From assembly GCA_965226495.1 (NCBI GenBank), contig OZ245365.1, forward strand, positions 1,824,001 through 1,888,000: 64,000 nt of DNA, read 5' to 3'. A model generated the notes under the pieces. That model was not told the origin of the DNA and did not search any database. It saw nothing but the letters and a program-made list of their open reading frames with translations. This document shows, piece by piece, positions 19,127 through 28,983 of the stretch (within the stretch, counting starts at the first letter, position 1; every line of letters starts with the position of its first letter). The position numbers and the translations under genes were made by a program. This stretch comes from Candidatus Marinacidobacterales bacterium. GTDB lineage: Bacteria; Acidobacteriota; Vicinamibacteria; Marinacidobacterales; DATDRI01.

Positions 19127-19284
19127 AGTGCGATGCGGCCGGTATAGACAATCCAAGAGGGCGGTGTTAAACTCCGGCCGCTTGGCAGGCAGTTCACCAG
19201 GCTCGCGCTTCAAACCAACAACAGGCCGGCGGTCAGCGGAATTGCTAGTCGGCCGCGTTCGCATGTGAACAGGAAGGGGCGAAT

Positions 19285-20064
19285 ATGGTTTCCGAGGCTT
19301 TGGAAGCTATCTTTCGATGGATGCACGTGTTCGTCGGAATCATTTGGATCGGGCATCTCTACTTCTTTAACTGGGTCAATGGCCCGTTTGCGGCAAAGCT
19401 GGACGGGGCAACGAAGAAAGTCGTGGTTCCGGAGCTCCTGCCTCGGGCCCTGTTTTGGTTCCGATGGGGAGCCGCTTGGACCTGGATCACCGGTGTCCTG
19501 CTCCTAGCGCTCGTCTACTACATGACCAACAACACGACCGCCGGCGAGTGGACGACTGGTGCCGGTGTCATGATCGCCGTCACGTTCCTGGCTGTGTTCG
19601 TCTATGATTTCTTGTGGAAGACGTCGCTGGCCAAAAACGTTCGGCTCGCGTTCGGTGTCTCTTACATATTGTTGGCCGTCGTCGTGTATCTCTTCGTGCA
19701 CGTGGGCGGGTTCAGCTATCGGGGCACGCTGATTCACACCGGCGCCATGTTCGGAACGATGATGGCGTTCAACGTCTGGTTCCGAATTTGGCCCGCCCAA
19801 CAGAAGATCATCAGAGCGATCAAAGGGGGCAATGCGCCCGACGGTGATCTCGTGAAGTTGGCAGGCCTTCGGTCCAAACATAATACGTATCTGTCACTTC
19901 CTTTGCTGTGGGCCATGATCGGCCAACACACGACCTACTTCGCGGGCGGGAACCTCGGCCTCACCGCGCAGACGTGGTGGATCGGTTGGCTCGTTATGAT
20001 TGCCATTGGCCTGCACATCATCTTCCAGTGCTACAAGAAGGCCGGCAAGGTCGAAGGCTTCTAA
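19285..20064 (+). CDS. puuD: PuuD-type urate hydroxylase N-terminal (membrane) domain protein
   Basis: RWMHV..GI.WIG, FRWGAAWTWITG, GTMMAFNVW..IWPAQ and RSKHNTY motifs; no CxxCH domain. Confidence 0.75.
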   Translation: MVSEALEAIFRWMHVFVGIIWIGHLYFFNWVNGPFAAKLDGATKKVVVPELLPRALFWFRWGAAWTWITGVLLLALVYYMTNNTTAGEWTTGAGVMIAVTFLAVFVYDFLWKTSLAKNVRLAFGVSYILLAVVVYLFVHVGGFSYRGTLIHTGAMFGTMMAFNVWFRIWPAQQKIIRAIKGGNAPDGDLVKLAGLRSKHNTYLSLPLLWAMIGQHTTYFAGGNLGLTAQTWWIGWLVMIAIGLHIIFQCYKKAGKVEGF

Positions 20065-20069
20065 CGCTA

Positions 20070-20111
20070 TTTCGGGGACAGGTTATTTAACTGGGTAGCC
20101 TGTCCCCGAAA
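20070..20111. repeat. GGGGACAG-type palindrome (terminator or miniature element)
   Basis: TTTCGGGGACAGG (20070-20082) / CCTGTCCCCGAAA (20099-20111), perfect 13-bp stem. Confidence 0.75.
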
Positions 20112-20141
20112 CTTCTTTCCGCCGAGCTCCCCCCTTCACTC

Positions 20142-20521
20142 ATGACGAGTGCTAACGAAGAGCTTCTTCGCATTAGCGAAGCGATCCTTCGCGCCATTGC
20201 CTCCCGTAGCCCGGAATCCCTAAACACCATCCTCGACGAAGGCTTCGTGCACCTTCAATCGGGCGGCGAGCGCCTGACGAAGGAAGAGTTCGTCAGCAAC
20301 ATCGTCGACGCTCCGTACACAATCGAAGAGATCGATTTCGAGTCCATTCGCGTCGAAGTCCAGGAGAAGTCGCGGTGGCGGTCGGTATACAACGGGCGAA
20401 AGTGCGGCTGCCCGACGGTGAGACACTCGTTTCCCGAGGAAGCTTCACCGACGTCTTTCAGAAGAAAAACGACGGCTGGAAGCTATGGTTGGCCCATTCT
20501 ACGGAGCTTGCGACTCAGTAG
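20142..20521 (+). pseudogene. NTF2-like (DUF4440) protein with one frameshift
   Basis: First frame reads to SIRVEV; the second frame continues EVAVAVG..FTDVFQKKNDGWKLWLAHS to TAG at 20519-20521. Confidence 0.7.
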
Positions 20522-20538
20522 GAGGCGAAACGAACTCC

Positions 20539-22005
20539 TTGTCCGACGAAACGGTCGTTCTTCTCGGCTGCGGCGTTTACCTCGCGCTGCTCCTGGCGGT
20601 CGGTATCTTCGTCGGTCGTCGCGTCAAGGATAGCGCCGATTTCATCGTCGCCGGACGTCGCCTACCCTTGTGGCTTTGCACCTTCACTCTCTTCGCGACT
20701 TGGTTCGGCGCCGGTACCTGTATGGGTGCGGCGGGTGCGGCGTACGGAAGCGGGGTGCTCGCCACGATCGCCGATCCCTTCGGGGCCGGACTCTGTCTCT
20801 TCCTCGCCGGGCTGTTTTACGTCCGCGTTCTACGCCGCATGAAGCTGTTAACCGTCGCTGATTTCTTCCGCACCCGTTACGGCCCCCGCGCGGAGCTTCT
20901 GGCGAGCGTTGCTATTGTACCGGCCTACGTAGGGTGGACGGGCGCGCAGTTCGTCGCCTTCGGTTACATCCTGCATGCGTTGACCGGCATCGACACCACG
21001 CTCGCCATCGCGATCGGAGCGGCTATCGTCGTTGCATACACGATCGCGGGTGGGATGTGGGCGGTGGCGGTCACGGATTTCTTCCAGGCGATCGTTCTGA
21101 TTGCAGGGCTCGCCATCCTCCTTCCCCTTGTTCTGAAGGATGCGGGTGGTTGGAGCGCGGTCGAGGCGCAGCTCGGCAGCGAATACTTTAGATTCTTCCC
21201 CGAGCGCTCCTTCAAAGATTGGCTTTGGTATATCGAGGCATGGGTGGTCATCGGGTTTGGGAGCATTCCCGCCCAGGACCTCTTCCAGCGCGCCTTGGGC
21301 GCCAAGGACGAGAAGGTCGCGCAGAATAGCGCGTACTTAGCTGGTCTCCTCTATCTCACGGTGGGATTGATTCCAGTCGCTCTCGGGATTGTGGGCGCAA
21401 CGGTCATCAAGGACATCGCCGATCCCGAGCTCATTCTTCCGGCTCTCGGCTTGAAGTACTTGCATCCGGTGGCGATGGCGCTTTTCGTTGGCGCGTTGCT
21501 CTCCGCATTGATGAGCTCCGCCGACAGCGCGCTTCTCGCCCCCGCCAGTATCGTTGGCCAAAATGTTGTGAAGCGCTTCAAGAAGGACGCCGGCGATGGA
21601 GACTTGCTCCGGTTCATCCGCGGAACGGTTCTCGCGATTGCGATTCTATCGCTAGGGATCGCGTTTTACTTCCAGAATATCTATGAGTTGATGGTGAACT
21701 CTTGGGCCGTGCTGCTGGTGTCTCTCTTCGCTCCTCTCACGGCGGGTCTTTATTGGAAGAAGGCCAACGGCCCCGCTGCGCTGGCTAGCATCGTTGTGGG
21801 CTTCGCCGCTTGGGTCGTCTTCGCGTATGTGCAGTCCGAGTATCCGGCGGATTTGATAGCGGCGGCCCTCTCGGCGCTTGCGTTGGTTTTGGTCACGTTC
21901 GCGACACATAAACAATCGCCGCCGCTGCCCCTGTCCGATCTCGAGGGTAACCTCGTCGCCTACCAGGACCGTCTTGGCATCCTTGGCCTGGGCCGCGAGA
22001 ACTGA
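20539..22005 (+). CDS. Sodium:solute symporter family transporter
   Basis: DFIVAGR.LP, ATWFGAG, GGMWAVAVTD..Q, QDLFQR and MSSADS motifs; many TM segments. Confidence 0.92.
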   Translation: MSDETVVLLGCGVYLALLLAVGIFVGRRVKDSADFIVAGRRLPLWLCTFTLFATWFGAGTCMGAAGAAYGSGVLATIADPFGAGLCLFLAGLFYVRVLRRMKLLTVADFFRTRYGPRAELLASVAIVPAYVGWTGAQFVAFGYILHALTGIDTTLAIAIGAAIVVAYTIAGGMWAVAVTDFFQAIVLIAGLAILLPLVLKDAGGWSAVEAQLGSEYFRFFPERSFKDWLWYIEAWVVIGFGSIPAQDLFQRALGAKDEKVAQNSAYLAGLLYLTVGLIPVALGIVGATVIKDIADPELILPALGLKYLHPVAMALFVGALLSALMSSADSALLAPASIVGQNVVKRFKKDAGDGDLLRFIRGTVLAIAILSLGIAFYFQNIYELMVNSWAVLLVSLFAPLTAGLYWKKANGPAALASIVVGFAAWVVFAYVQSEYPADLIAAALSALALVLVTFATHKQSPPLPLSDLEGNLVAYQDRLGILGLGREN

Positions 22006-22016
22006 GCTTATTCTGT

Positions 22017-22997
22017 TCAGGGCAGCCTGAGCAGGTCCTCCCTCACCAAGTATTCGTAGATGCGGTCGGCGAAGATCTGGTGCGCATGGGTGTTGGGATG
22101 GTTGTCGATGGGTAGGATTCGATAGTCCGAAAGATCCGTCGCTTTGAAGGCCGAGCTCACGTCGAGAAAATGTTCGATGCCGTTAGCTAGCGCCAGCTCC
22201 TCGAGCGGTTGGTAGTTTTCCGCCTGGTTCGAAAGGTACGCCAGCACAATGGGGATGTCGTCCGCTTTGCTGAGCGCCGCCAGCTCGCCGAAGACTCTTT
22301 CCAGGTAGCGAGCTTGCCGGTCGGTGAGCCGGCCCCTTTCCTCTTCCACTTGGGGTTCTTGTAATTTGACGGCGATTGCGCCGACAACGAACGAACCGTA
22401 GAAGGGATAGGTCCGCCCCTTGGGACGGTAGCGATCGGGAAATCGGTCGGGAAGAAACACCTTGTGATCGTTACCGGCGCAAAAGCCGATGAGGATCAAG
22501 TCCGGATCGTATTCCATGGCCTTGTGTCGAATCGCGCTTAGATATTGCTGCATGGTGTACGCGCCCACCGCGAAGTTGATGAATTCGTAACGGACTGACT
22601 CACTGCCCGAATTCAAGCGATCCTCGAGTAGGGAATGAAACGCGTCTTCGATGGCCACGCCGCTGGGTAACGTGAACGAGTCGCCGAGCACGGCGACACG
22701 AAAAACACCCTCTGGTTTGCCGGGTGTGTATTCCTTGTCGCGTAATCCACGAGAGTTAGTCCTGAAGGGGACCAGTTTGAAATAGGTATCGACGTTGGGC
22801 TTGAGCTCGAAGACGAGATCCGGATTGGAGGACGGCTGCAGCAGGCCGGAAAGCCCGAGCGCGTTCACACTGTTCACTTTCTCGATGGAAAACGCATCCC
22901 ATCCGAAAAGATAAAAGCGATAAGCCGTCTCTAGGAGGATGAGACCAAGGAGCGTCGAGAGCGCGAGAACGATGAGGTTGCCGAGAAGTTTCTTCAC
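22017..22997 (-). CDS. Membrane-anchored SGNH/GDSL hydrolase
   Basis: NSRGLRD, LGDSFT, ND and DNHPN..AH motifs. Confidence 0.85.
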   Translation of the reverse strand: MKKLLGNLIVLALSTLLGLILLETAYRFYLFGWDAFSIEKVNSVNALGLSGLLQPSSNPDLVFELKPNVDTYFKLVPFRTNSRGLRDKEYTPGKPEGVFRVAVLGDSFTLPSGVAIEDAFHSLLEDRLNSGSESVRYEFINFAVGAYTMQQYLSAIRHKAMEYDPDLILIGFCAGNDHKVFLPDRFPDRYRPKGRTYPFYGSFVVGAIAVKLQEPQVEEERGRLTDRQARYLERVFGELAALSKADDIPIVLAYLSNQAENYQPLEELALANGIEHFLDVSSAFKATDLSDYRILPIDNHPNTHAHQIFADRIYEYLVREDLLRLP

Positions 22998-23000
22998 GGA

Positions 23001-23795
23001 CTATGTAGAGCTCTCGCTTTCGAGGTGTAGCGTTTGTTCCTTGGCTCGTGCGAGCTCGTCTTCGGTCAGGAACCCCGCGCGTGACATCCAGCCGAGTATC
23101 CGCTCCTGTCGCACCTTGAGCGAGTCAAGGCGTTTGGCGGGGTGGAGTCGGCGGGGGTCGGGAATCATCGCCGCGAGCAACGCCGCTTCCGCGGCATCGA
23201 GATAGGCGGCTGGCTTCCCGAAGTAGGTTCGCGCCGCGGCTTCAATGCCGTAAATGCCATCTCCCCATTCGATGACGTTGAGGTACAGCTCGAGGATGCG
23301 CTTCTTCGTCAGTGCGTTTTCGAGTCGGTAGGTCAGAATGGCCTCTTTCAGTTTGCGTTGGAGCGACTTCTCGGTGGAAAGAAAGAGGTTCTTTGCGAGC
23401 TGCTGGGTGATAGTACTGGCGCCGCGAGCATACTCACCTCGTTGGAAGTTCTTCCGGACCGACTCGCGGATCTCGTGAAAATCGAACCCCGGGTGGCCGA
23501 AGAATGCGGCGTCTTCTCCCATTCGGACCGCTTGGATCACCGGTTCGGAGATCTGGCTCAAGGGGACCCAGTACTGTACACGCTTCGGTTCCGCCCTCTT
23601 CGCGCGGGCCTCGGCGGCGCGGGCCGTCATGAGGCTCGTCGTGTCGGGGTTCTTTGACCGCAGAAAATCGACCGCGGGGAGACTGACCGTTAGGTAAGTC
23701 AAGTAGGCGATGAAAATGCCGCTGAGCGCCGCGAACGCTGAGAGGAGCGGGTGCCGCCTGAATAATCCTCGTTTACTTGCCGGCTGGTCGGTCAT
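23001..23795 (-). CDS. mtgA: Monofunctional peptidoglycan transglycosylase
   Basis: EDAAFFGH.G.D, GASTITQQLAKNL, RKLKE and ILELYLN motifs. Confidence 0.92.
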   Translation of the reverse strand: MTDQPASKRGLFRRHPLLSAFAALSGIFIAYLTYLTVSLPAVDFLRSKNPDTTSLMTARAAEARAKRAEPKRVQYWVPLSQISEPVIQAVRMGEDAAFFGHPGFDFHEIRESVRKNFQRGEYARGASTITQQLAKNLFLSTEKSLQRKLKEAILTYRLENALTKKRILELYLNVIEWGDGIYGIEAAARTYFGKPAAYLDAAEAALLAAMIPDPRRLHPAKRLDSLKVRQERILGWMSRAGFLTEDELARAKEQTLHLESESST

Positions 23796-23879
23796 CTTTC
23801 ACGGCGATGCTAGAGAACGGTCATCGAAGTGTCAAATCTTCTTGTCGAAGCGTTCGGTGTTTCCTATACTAACCATACA

Positions 23880-25022
23880 ATGAACTTCGAATTCAGCGAC
23901 GAACAACAGGAAATGCGCCGCGTCCTGCGCGATTTCGCGGAAAAAGAGATCTTGCCGAACTCTAAGGAGTGGGACGAAAAGAAAATCTTTCCCATGGAAA
24001 CGATCAAAGCCCTGGGCGAGCTCGGCTTTCTAGGAGTGATCTTCCCGGCGGAATATGGTGGCGCGGGTCTCAAGTACGTCGACTACGCCCTGGTCATCGA
24101 AGAGCTGGCGCGCGCCGATGCCTCGGTGGCGATCACTCTATCCGCACATATTTCTCTTTGTTCGAACCATATTTACGAACAAGGGACGGAAGAACAAAAA
24201 AAGGAGTTTCTGACCCCCTTGGCCTCAGGCAAATGGATTGGGGCTTGGAGTCTTACCGAGTCGGAGGCAGGAAGCGACGCCGGCGGCACCCGCGCGACCG
24301 CGGTGCTCGAGGGAGACGAATGGGTCGTGAACGGTAGCAAGACGTTTACGACCAATGGGAGTGTCGCCGATGTGGCCATCGCCATGGCGGTCACCGACAA
24401 GGACAAAGGCTCCCACGGTATCTCGGCTTTCATCGTCTCGCGCGGCACGCCCGGCTTCAAAAACGGAAAGAAGGAAGACAAGCTTGGCCATCGAGCGTCC
24501 GACACGTCGGAGATGATTTTCGACAACTGCCGCATCCCGAAGAGGCTCCTCCTCGGGCAGCAAGGAGAAGGGTTCGTGGCCTCGCTCAAGGTGTTGGACG
24601 GAGGGCGGATCGGGATCGCGGCGCTCGGATTGGGGATAGCCCAGGCCGCTTTCGAGTGTGCTTTGGATTACTCGCAGAAACGCAAACAGTTCGGAAAGAC
24701 CATCTCCGCTTTTCAAGGTATCCGCTGGAAGCTAGCGGACATGGCAACGGAGATCGATGCCGCTCGCTTACTCATGTACCGTGCTGCTTCCCTCAAGGAC
24801 GACGGTAAACCGCACACCAAAGAAGCAGCGATGGCAAAGCTTTACGCCAGCGAGGTAGCGGTACGGGCCGCGAATGAGGCGGTGCAGGTCCTAGGCGGCT
24901 ACGGTTACATCAAAGACTATCCGGCCGAACGCTATTACCGTGATGCGAAGCTGACCACCATCGGCGAGGGGACGTCTGAAATTCAACGTCTGGTGATCGC
25001 CCGCCAGCTTCTTTCCAAATAG
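23880..25022 (+). CDS. Short/branched-chain acyl-CoA dehydrogenase
   Basis: LTESEAGSD, NGSKTFTTN, QFGK, GGYGY and IGEGTSEIQR motifs. Confidence 0.95.
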   Translation: MNFEFSDEQQEMRRVLRDFAEKEILPNSKEWDEKKIFPMETIKALGELGFLGVIFPAEYGGAGLKYVDYALVIEELARADASVAITLSAHISLCSNHIYEQGTEEQKKEFLTPLASGKWIGAWSLTESEAGSDAGGTRATAVLEGDEWVVNGSKTFTTNGSVADVAIAMAVTDKDKGSHGISAFIVSRGTPGFKNGKKEDKLGHRASDTSEMIFDNCRIPKRLLLGQQGEGFVASLKVLDGGRIGIAALGLGIAQAAFECALDYSQKRKQFGKTISAFQGIRWKLADMATEIDAARLLMYRAASLKDDGKPHTKEAAMAKLYASEVAVRAANEAVQVLGGYGYIKDYPAERYYRDAKLTTIGEGTSEIQRLVIARQLLSK

Positions 25023-25092
25023 ACTCCTCCAATTCCCTGCGGGAAGGCCTCGCAGGCGACCCGCATCTCTAGTACGATCCATCCTTCAAGCG

Positions 25093-26016
25093 ATGACTGT
25101 GCAAGATCTGGCGGCGCGAGTGCGGGCGGGGGATCGTCGTGCGCTCGCCCGTGCCTTGACCCTCGTCGAGAACCGCCGACCGGAGGGGCGCGAGCTTGTG
25201 GCGGAGCTCTATCCCGAGACCGGAGAGGCCACGGTTTGGGGGTTGACCGGGCCACCGGGCGTTGGGAAGAGCACCCTCGCCGATGCGGTAGCAGCCCGGG
25301 CCAACGAACACGGCAAGAACGTCGCCGTGCTCGCGATCGATCCAAGTAGTCCTTTTACCGGAGGTGCGCTGCTTGGCGATCGCACCCGCATGGAAACGGC
25401 TAACCAGAGCCCCGACATCTTCATCCGCAGCATGGCGACCCGTGGACACGTCGGGGGATTGGCCGCGGCGACGTTTGAGGCGATCACACTGCTCGATGCG
25501 GCGGGGAAGGATTTCATTCTGGTGGAAACCGTGGGTGTCGGTCAGGATGAAGTCGAAGTGGCTGCCGCGGTGGGTTTGACGCTCGTTGTTCTCACGCCCG
25601 GATTTGGAGATGCACTTCAAGCCAACAAGGCGGGGCTCCTTGAAATTGCCGACGTGCTAGTGGTAAACAAGGCCGACCAAGATGGCGCCGATCGCCTGGC
25701 CGAGGAACTGAGCTCGGCTCGCAACAACCCCTCCGGCACTCCCCCCGTTGTGTGTACTACCGCAACGACGGGAGAAGGAGTGGAACGACTGTTCGAGGAG
25801 GCGGCGAAGTTTGACGCGGTCTCGGTTCGCGCCCAGGCGCACCGAAGGCGCTTCGTCGAGGGTTGGCTCCACGAAGTACTGCATCAGCGACTGAGGGAGG
25901 AAGTGAAGGACGAAGTTTGGAAGGACGCCGTGGATCGGGTTCTGGCGCGATCTGCCGATCCGTTTGCGGCAGCCGAGACGCTCCTGGCCTCAATTAGAAA
26001 AAAGAAGAATCCATGA
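25093..26016 (+). CDS. meaB: Methylmalonyl-CoA mutase-associated GTPase
   Basis: GPPGVGKS, DPSSPFTGGALLGDR, ETVGVGQ and NKAD motifs. Confidence 0.93.
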   Translation: MTVQDLAARVRAGDRRALARALTLVENRRPEGRELVAELYPETGEATVWGLTGPPGVGKSTLADAVAARANEHGKNVAVLAIDPSSPFTGGALLGDRTRMETANQSPDIFIRSMATRGHVGGLAAATFEAITLLDAAGKDFILVETVGVGQDEVEVAAAVGLTLVVLTPGFGDALQANKAGLLEIADVLVVNKADQDGADRLAEELSSARNNPSGTPPVVCTTATTGEGVERLFEEAAKFDAVSVRAQAHRRRFVEGWLHEVLHQRLREEVKDEVWKDAVDRVLARSADPFAAAETLLASIRKKKNP

Positions 26017-26408
26017 AGATCCATCACATCGGTATCGCAGTGCATGACCTAGACGAGGCAGCGACTCGATTGGGTGGACTTCTCGGACTCGACCGGGGCC
26101 AGCGCTACGACTTACCCGAGTGGAAGGTGTCGGCGCTCTTCATGCCGGTGGGAGACAGCAATTTAGAGTTGCTCGAACCTCACCAGGAGTATTCCAACGT
26201 GGGGAAGTTCCTGGCCAATAGAGGGGAAGGACTCCATCACATTTGTTTCGAAGTCGAGGATATCGAGGCGAGCCTCCGAGAATTCGAAGAACAAGGGGCC
26301 AAGCTCATCGACCCAAAGCCCCGGCCGGGCGCCGGGGGACACCTGGTAGCGTTCATCCATCCGAAGTCGATGCATGGTGTGTTGGTAGAACTAAAGCAAA
26401 AGGAGTGA
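26013..26408 (+). CDS. mce: Methylmalonyl-CoA epimerase
   Basis: HHIGIAV, GEGLHHICFEV and FIHPKS..GVLVEL motifs; follows meaB. Confidence 0.9.
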   Translation: MKIHHIGIAVHDLDEAATRLGGLLGLDRGQRYDLPEWKVSALFMPVGDSNLELLEPHQEYSNVGKFLANRGEGLHHICFEVEDIEASLREFEEQGAKLIDPKPRPGAGGHLVAFIHPKSMHGVLVELKQKE

Positions 26409-26417
26409 CTAAGAGAG

Positions 26418-27281
26418 ATGGCACAAGCACAGATCGGAATCATCGGAGGAAGCGGCCTCTACCAGATGGACGGGCTCACAGATGTCGAAAAAGTATCTCT
26501 CGAGACCCCTTTCGGTTGGCCTTCCGCAAAATACATGGTCGGCACGCTCGAGGGTAAGCGCGTTGCGTTTCTTGCCCGTCACGGAAAGGGCCATCGCATT
26601 CCTCCGAGTGAACTGAATTTTCGGGCCAACCTCTTTGGATTCAAGCTGCTCGGCGTCGAGTACATTCTGTCGGCCAGCGCAGTGGGGTCTTTGAAAGAGG
26701 AAATCCCTCCGTTGGATATCGTCATTCCCGATCAATTCATCGACCGAACTCGAGGACGCGTATCGACGTTCTTCGGTACCGGACTGGTCGCACACGTCGC
26801 CTTTGCTCAGCCGTTCTGCTCGATTCTTTCCGAGCACCTCTTCCAGGCTGGAGCTGGCACCGATGTCAAGATTCATCGAGGAGGGACGTACCTGTGTATC
26901 GAGGGGCCTCAGTTTTCGACTCTGGCGGAGTCCAAACTCTACCGCTCCTGGGGTTGCGATGTCATCGGTATGACCAATCTGCAAGAGGCGAAGCTGGCCC
27001 GTGAGGCGGAGATTTGTTACTCCACGATGGCCCTGGTGACGGACTACGATTGCTGGCACGAGAGTGAAGAGGCCGTGACCGTGGATGCGGTGATCGCGAA
27101 CTTGACAAAAAACGCAGAGACGGCGCGTCAAATGATTAGGGAGACGGTCAAGAAGCTGCCCTTCGAGAGAACGTGCGAATGTGCCACCGCACTAAAGTTC
27201 GCTCTCATTACGCAGCCCGACCATATCTCGCCCGCGATGAAGCGGGAGCTCGAACCGCTCGTTGGCAAATACTTGAAATAG
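26418..27281 (+). CDS. mtnP: S-methyl-5'-thioadenosine phosphorylase
   Basis: [25 protein letters not shown] and TDYDCW motifs. Confidence 0.93.
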   Translation: MAQAQIGIIGGSGLYQMDGLTDVEKVSLETPFGWPSAKYMVGTLEGKRVAFLARHGKGHRIPPSELNFRANLFGFKLLGVEYILSASAVGSLKEEIPPLDIVIPDQFIDRTRGRVSTFFGTGLVAHVAFAQPFCSILSEHLFQAGAGTDVKIHRGGTYLCIEGPQFSTLAESKLYRSWGCDVIGMTNLQEAKLAREAEICYSTMALVTDYDCWHESEEAVTVDAVIANLTKNAETARQMIRETVKKLPFERTCECATALKFALITQPDHISPAMKRELEPLVGKYLK

Positions 27282-27303
27282 AGTAAAGGAGAGATTAAAG
27301 CGC

Positions 27304-28218
27304 ATGTCCATTCTTGCTGTTGGTTCGGTAGCATTCGACACCTTGAAGACGCCGTTCGGCGAAGTCGATAAGATTTTGGGAGGGGCGTTGAGTCACTTCT
27401 CATTGGCGGCCTCCTTTTTTACGAACGTCGGGATGGTCGCTGTGGTCGGCGAGGATTTTACGGACAAGGAGCGGGAGGTCTTCGAAGGGAGGTCCATCGA
27501 TCTAGCGGGGCTGCAAACCGCTCCGGGGAAGACGTTTCGTTGGGGGGGCGAGTATAGCTATGACCTTAACGAACGTACCACGCTCTTTACCGAGCTCAAC
27601 GTATTCGAAAACTTCAAACCTACGATCCCCGACGCCTATCGGACATCGGATTTTGTTTTCTTAGGGAATATCCACCCTACCTTGCAAGTGGATGTCGTCG
27701 AACAGGTGAAAAGCCCTAAGCTGATTGCCGCCGACACGATGAACTATTGGATCGAGGGTACCCCCGATGAGCTTCGCCAAATGCTGAAGCGTGTGGACGT
27801 CTTGTTGATCAACGACTCGGAGACCCGGCAACTCAGCGGGGAGTACAACTTGGTGCGGGCGGCCGAAAAGGTCCACGCCATGGGTCCGAAGACCCTGGTC
27901 GTTAAGCGGGGTGAGCACGGAGTGCTCTTGTTTAACGAGAGCCAGCGCTTCGCGGCGCCGGCCTACCCCCTGGAGACCGTATTCGACCCTACCGGGGCGG
28001 GGGACTCCTTCGCGGGTGGCTTCCTCGGCTACCTGGCGAGCCAACCATCCATGAGCGATGATGCCCTTAGGCAAGCCATCATCTACGGGAGTGCCCTGGG
28101 GTCGTTCTGCGTCGAGGACTTCGGGACCCGACGGCTGGAGTCCATCAGCCGTGCCGACATCGACGCTCGATACCGCGAGTTCAAGAAGCTTACCCACTTC
28201 GAGGATATTGCTGTCTGA
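27304..28218 (+). CDS. PfkB family carbohydrate/nucleoside kinase
   Basis: GSVAFD, DTMNYWI and DPTGAGDSFAGG motifs. Confidence 0.92.
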   Translation: MSILAVGSVAFDTLKTPFGEVDKILGGALSHFSLAASFFTNVGMVAVVGEDFTDKEREVFEGRSIDLAGLQTAPGKTFRWGGEYSYDLNERTTLFTELNVFENFKPTIPDAYRTSDFVFLGNIHPTLQVDVVEQVKSPKLIAADTMNYWIEGTPDELRQMLKRVDVLLINDSETRQLSGEYNLVRAAEKVHAMGPKTLVVKRGEHGVLLFNESQRFAAPAYPLETVFDPTGAGDSFAGGFLGYLASQPSMSDDALRQAIIYGSALGSFCVEDFGTRRLESISRADIDARYREFKKLTHFEDIAV

Positions 28219-28362
28219 CTAGGTCCGGGCTTTGCTACGCGTAGTTTGACGGCCCTCTGATCTGGGCCCGTAGTCCGAACCAGGGGTTTGACCTCCTTGA
28301 CTGGTACGATTCCGCTACCAGCAGTCAGTCCCCTCGCCTGTAACGTCCACACCATCAAAACT

Positions 28363-28391
28363 TTGACGCGGACGGTAGGGCGTGTTAATTT
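28363..28391 (+). promoter_or_regulatory. Sigma-70 promoter of the pspC-like gene
   Basis: TTGACG (28363-28368), N17, TAATTT with an extended TG; GGAGG RBS follows. Confidence 0.55.
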
Positions 28392-28406
28392 TGGGGCGGA
28401 GGCTTG

Positions 28407-28895
28407 ATGGCGGCAAAACGACTCTTCCGCTCGCGCCGAGACGCCTTGGTCGCTGGGGTTTGCGGCGGCTTGGCCGAGTATTTCAACATCGACCCATCTC
28501 TGGTTCGACTGGTCTTCATCATCGCGATCTTCTTGGGAGGAGCCGGGTTGGTCGTCTATTTGGTGGCCTGGCTCATCGTGCCGGGGAATCCCGAGCAGAG
28601 TCCGAGTCCCTCCTTCGCCAAGAACCAGAAGCTGAAGGAAGACGTCGTCGGAGAGCTGCGGCGAGTAGGCAGCTCGCTGGCGGAAAAGTTCGAGGCGACT
28701 GTCGAGGACGACGAAGATCGGCCGGAGCGCCGTTCCACGGTTTTCGTGGGGCTGGCTTTCATCGTCATCGGCGCAGCCTTCTTGTTCAAGAACTTCATTC
28801 CCTGGCTGGAGCTCGAGAAGCTGTGGCCGATTCTGCTTATCGGCGTTGGTGCCCTACTGCTAATCGGGGCCGCGCGTCGAGAGAAAGTATCGTAA
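28407..28895 (+). CDS. pspC: PspC-domain membrane protein
   Basis: RLFRSR...VAGVCGGLAEYFNIDPSLVRL; C-terminal LWPILLI TM hairpin. Confidence 0.9.
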   Translation: MAAKRLFRSRRDALVAGVCGGLAEYFNIDPSLVRLVFIIAIFLGGAGLVVYLVAWLIVPGNPEQSPSPSFAKNQKLKEDVVGELRRVGSSLAEKFEATVEDDEDRPERRSTVFVGLAFIVIGAAFLFKNFIPWLELEKLWPILLIGVGALLLIGAARREKVS

Positions 28896-28983
28896 GAGAA
28901 CAGCCAGTCGTCTAGAGGCGCAGCGAGGTTAGCCCGCTCCCGTTTTCTAGAGCTCGGCTAGTGGGTCCACATGTGAGGCGAGA

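Noticed and set aside
19190-19265. CTTCAAA, resembling a tRNA-Sec anticodon loop, upstream of puuD
   Set aside because: The flanks do not pair as an anticodon stem, and no acceptor stem or CCA end can be built.
28900-28962. Long imperfect hairpin as an integron attC site
   Set aside because: It lacks RYYYAAC/GTTRRRY ends; lying between convergent pspC and tRNA-Val, it is more simply a terminator-like stem.
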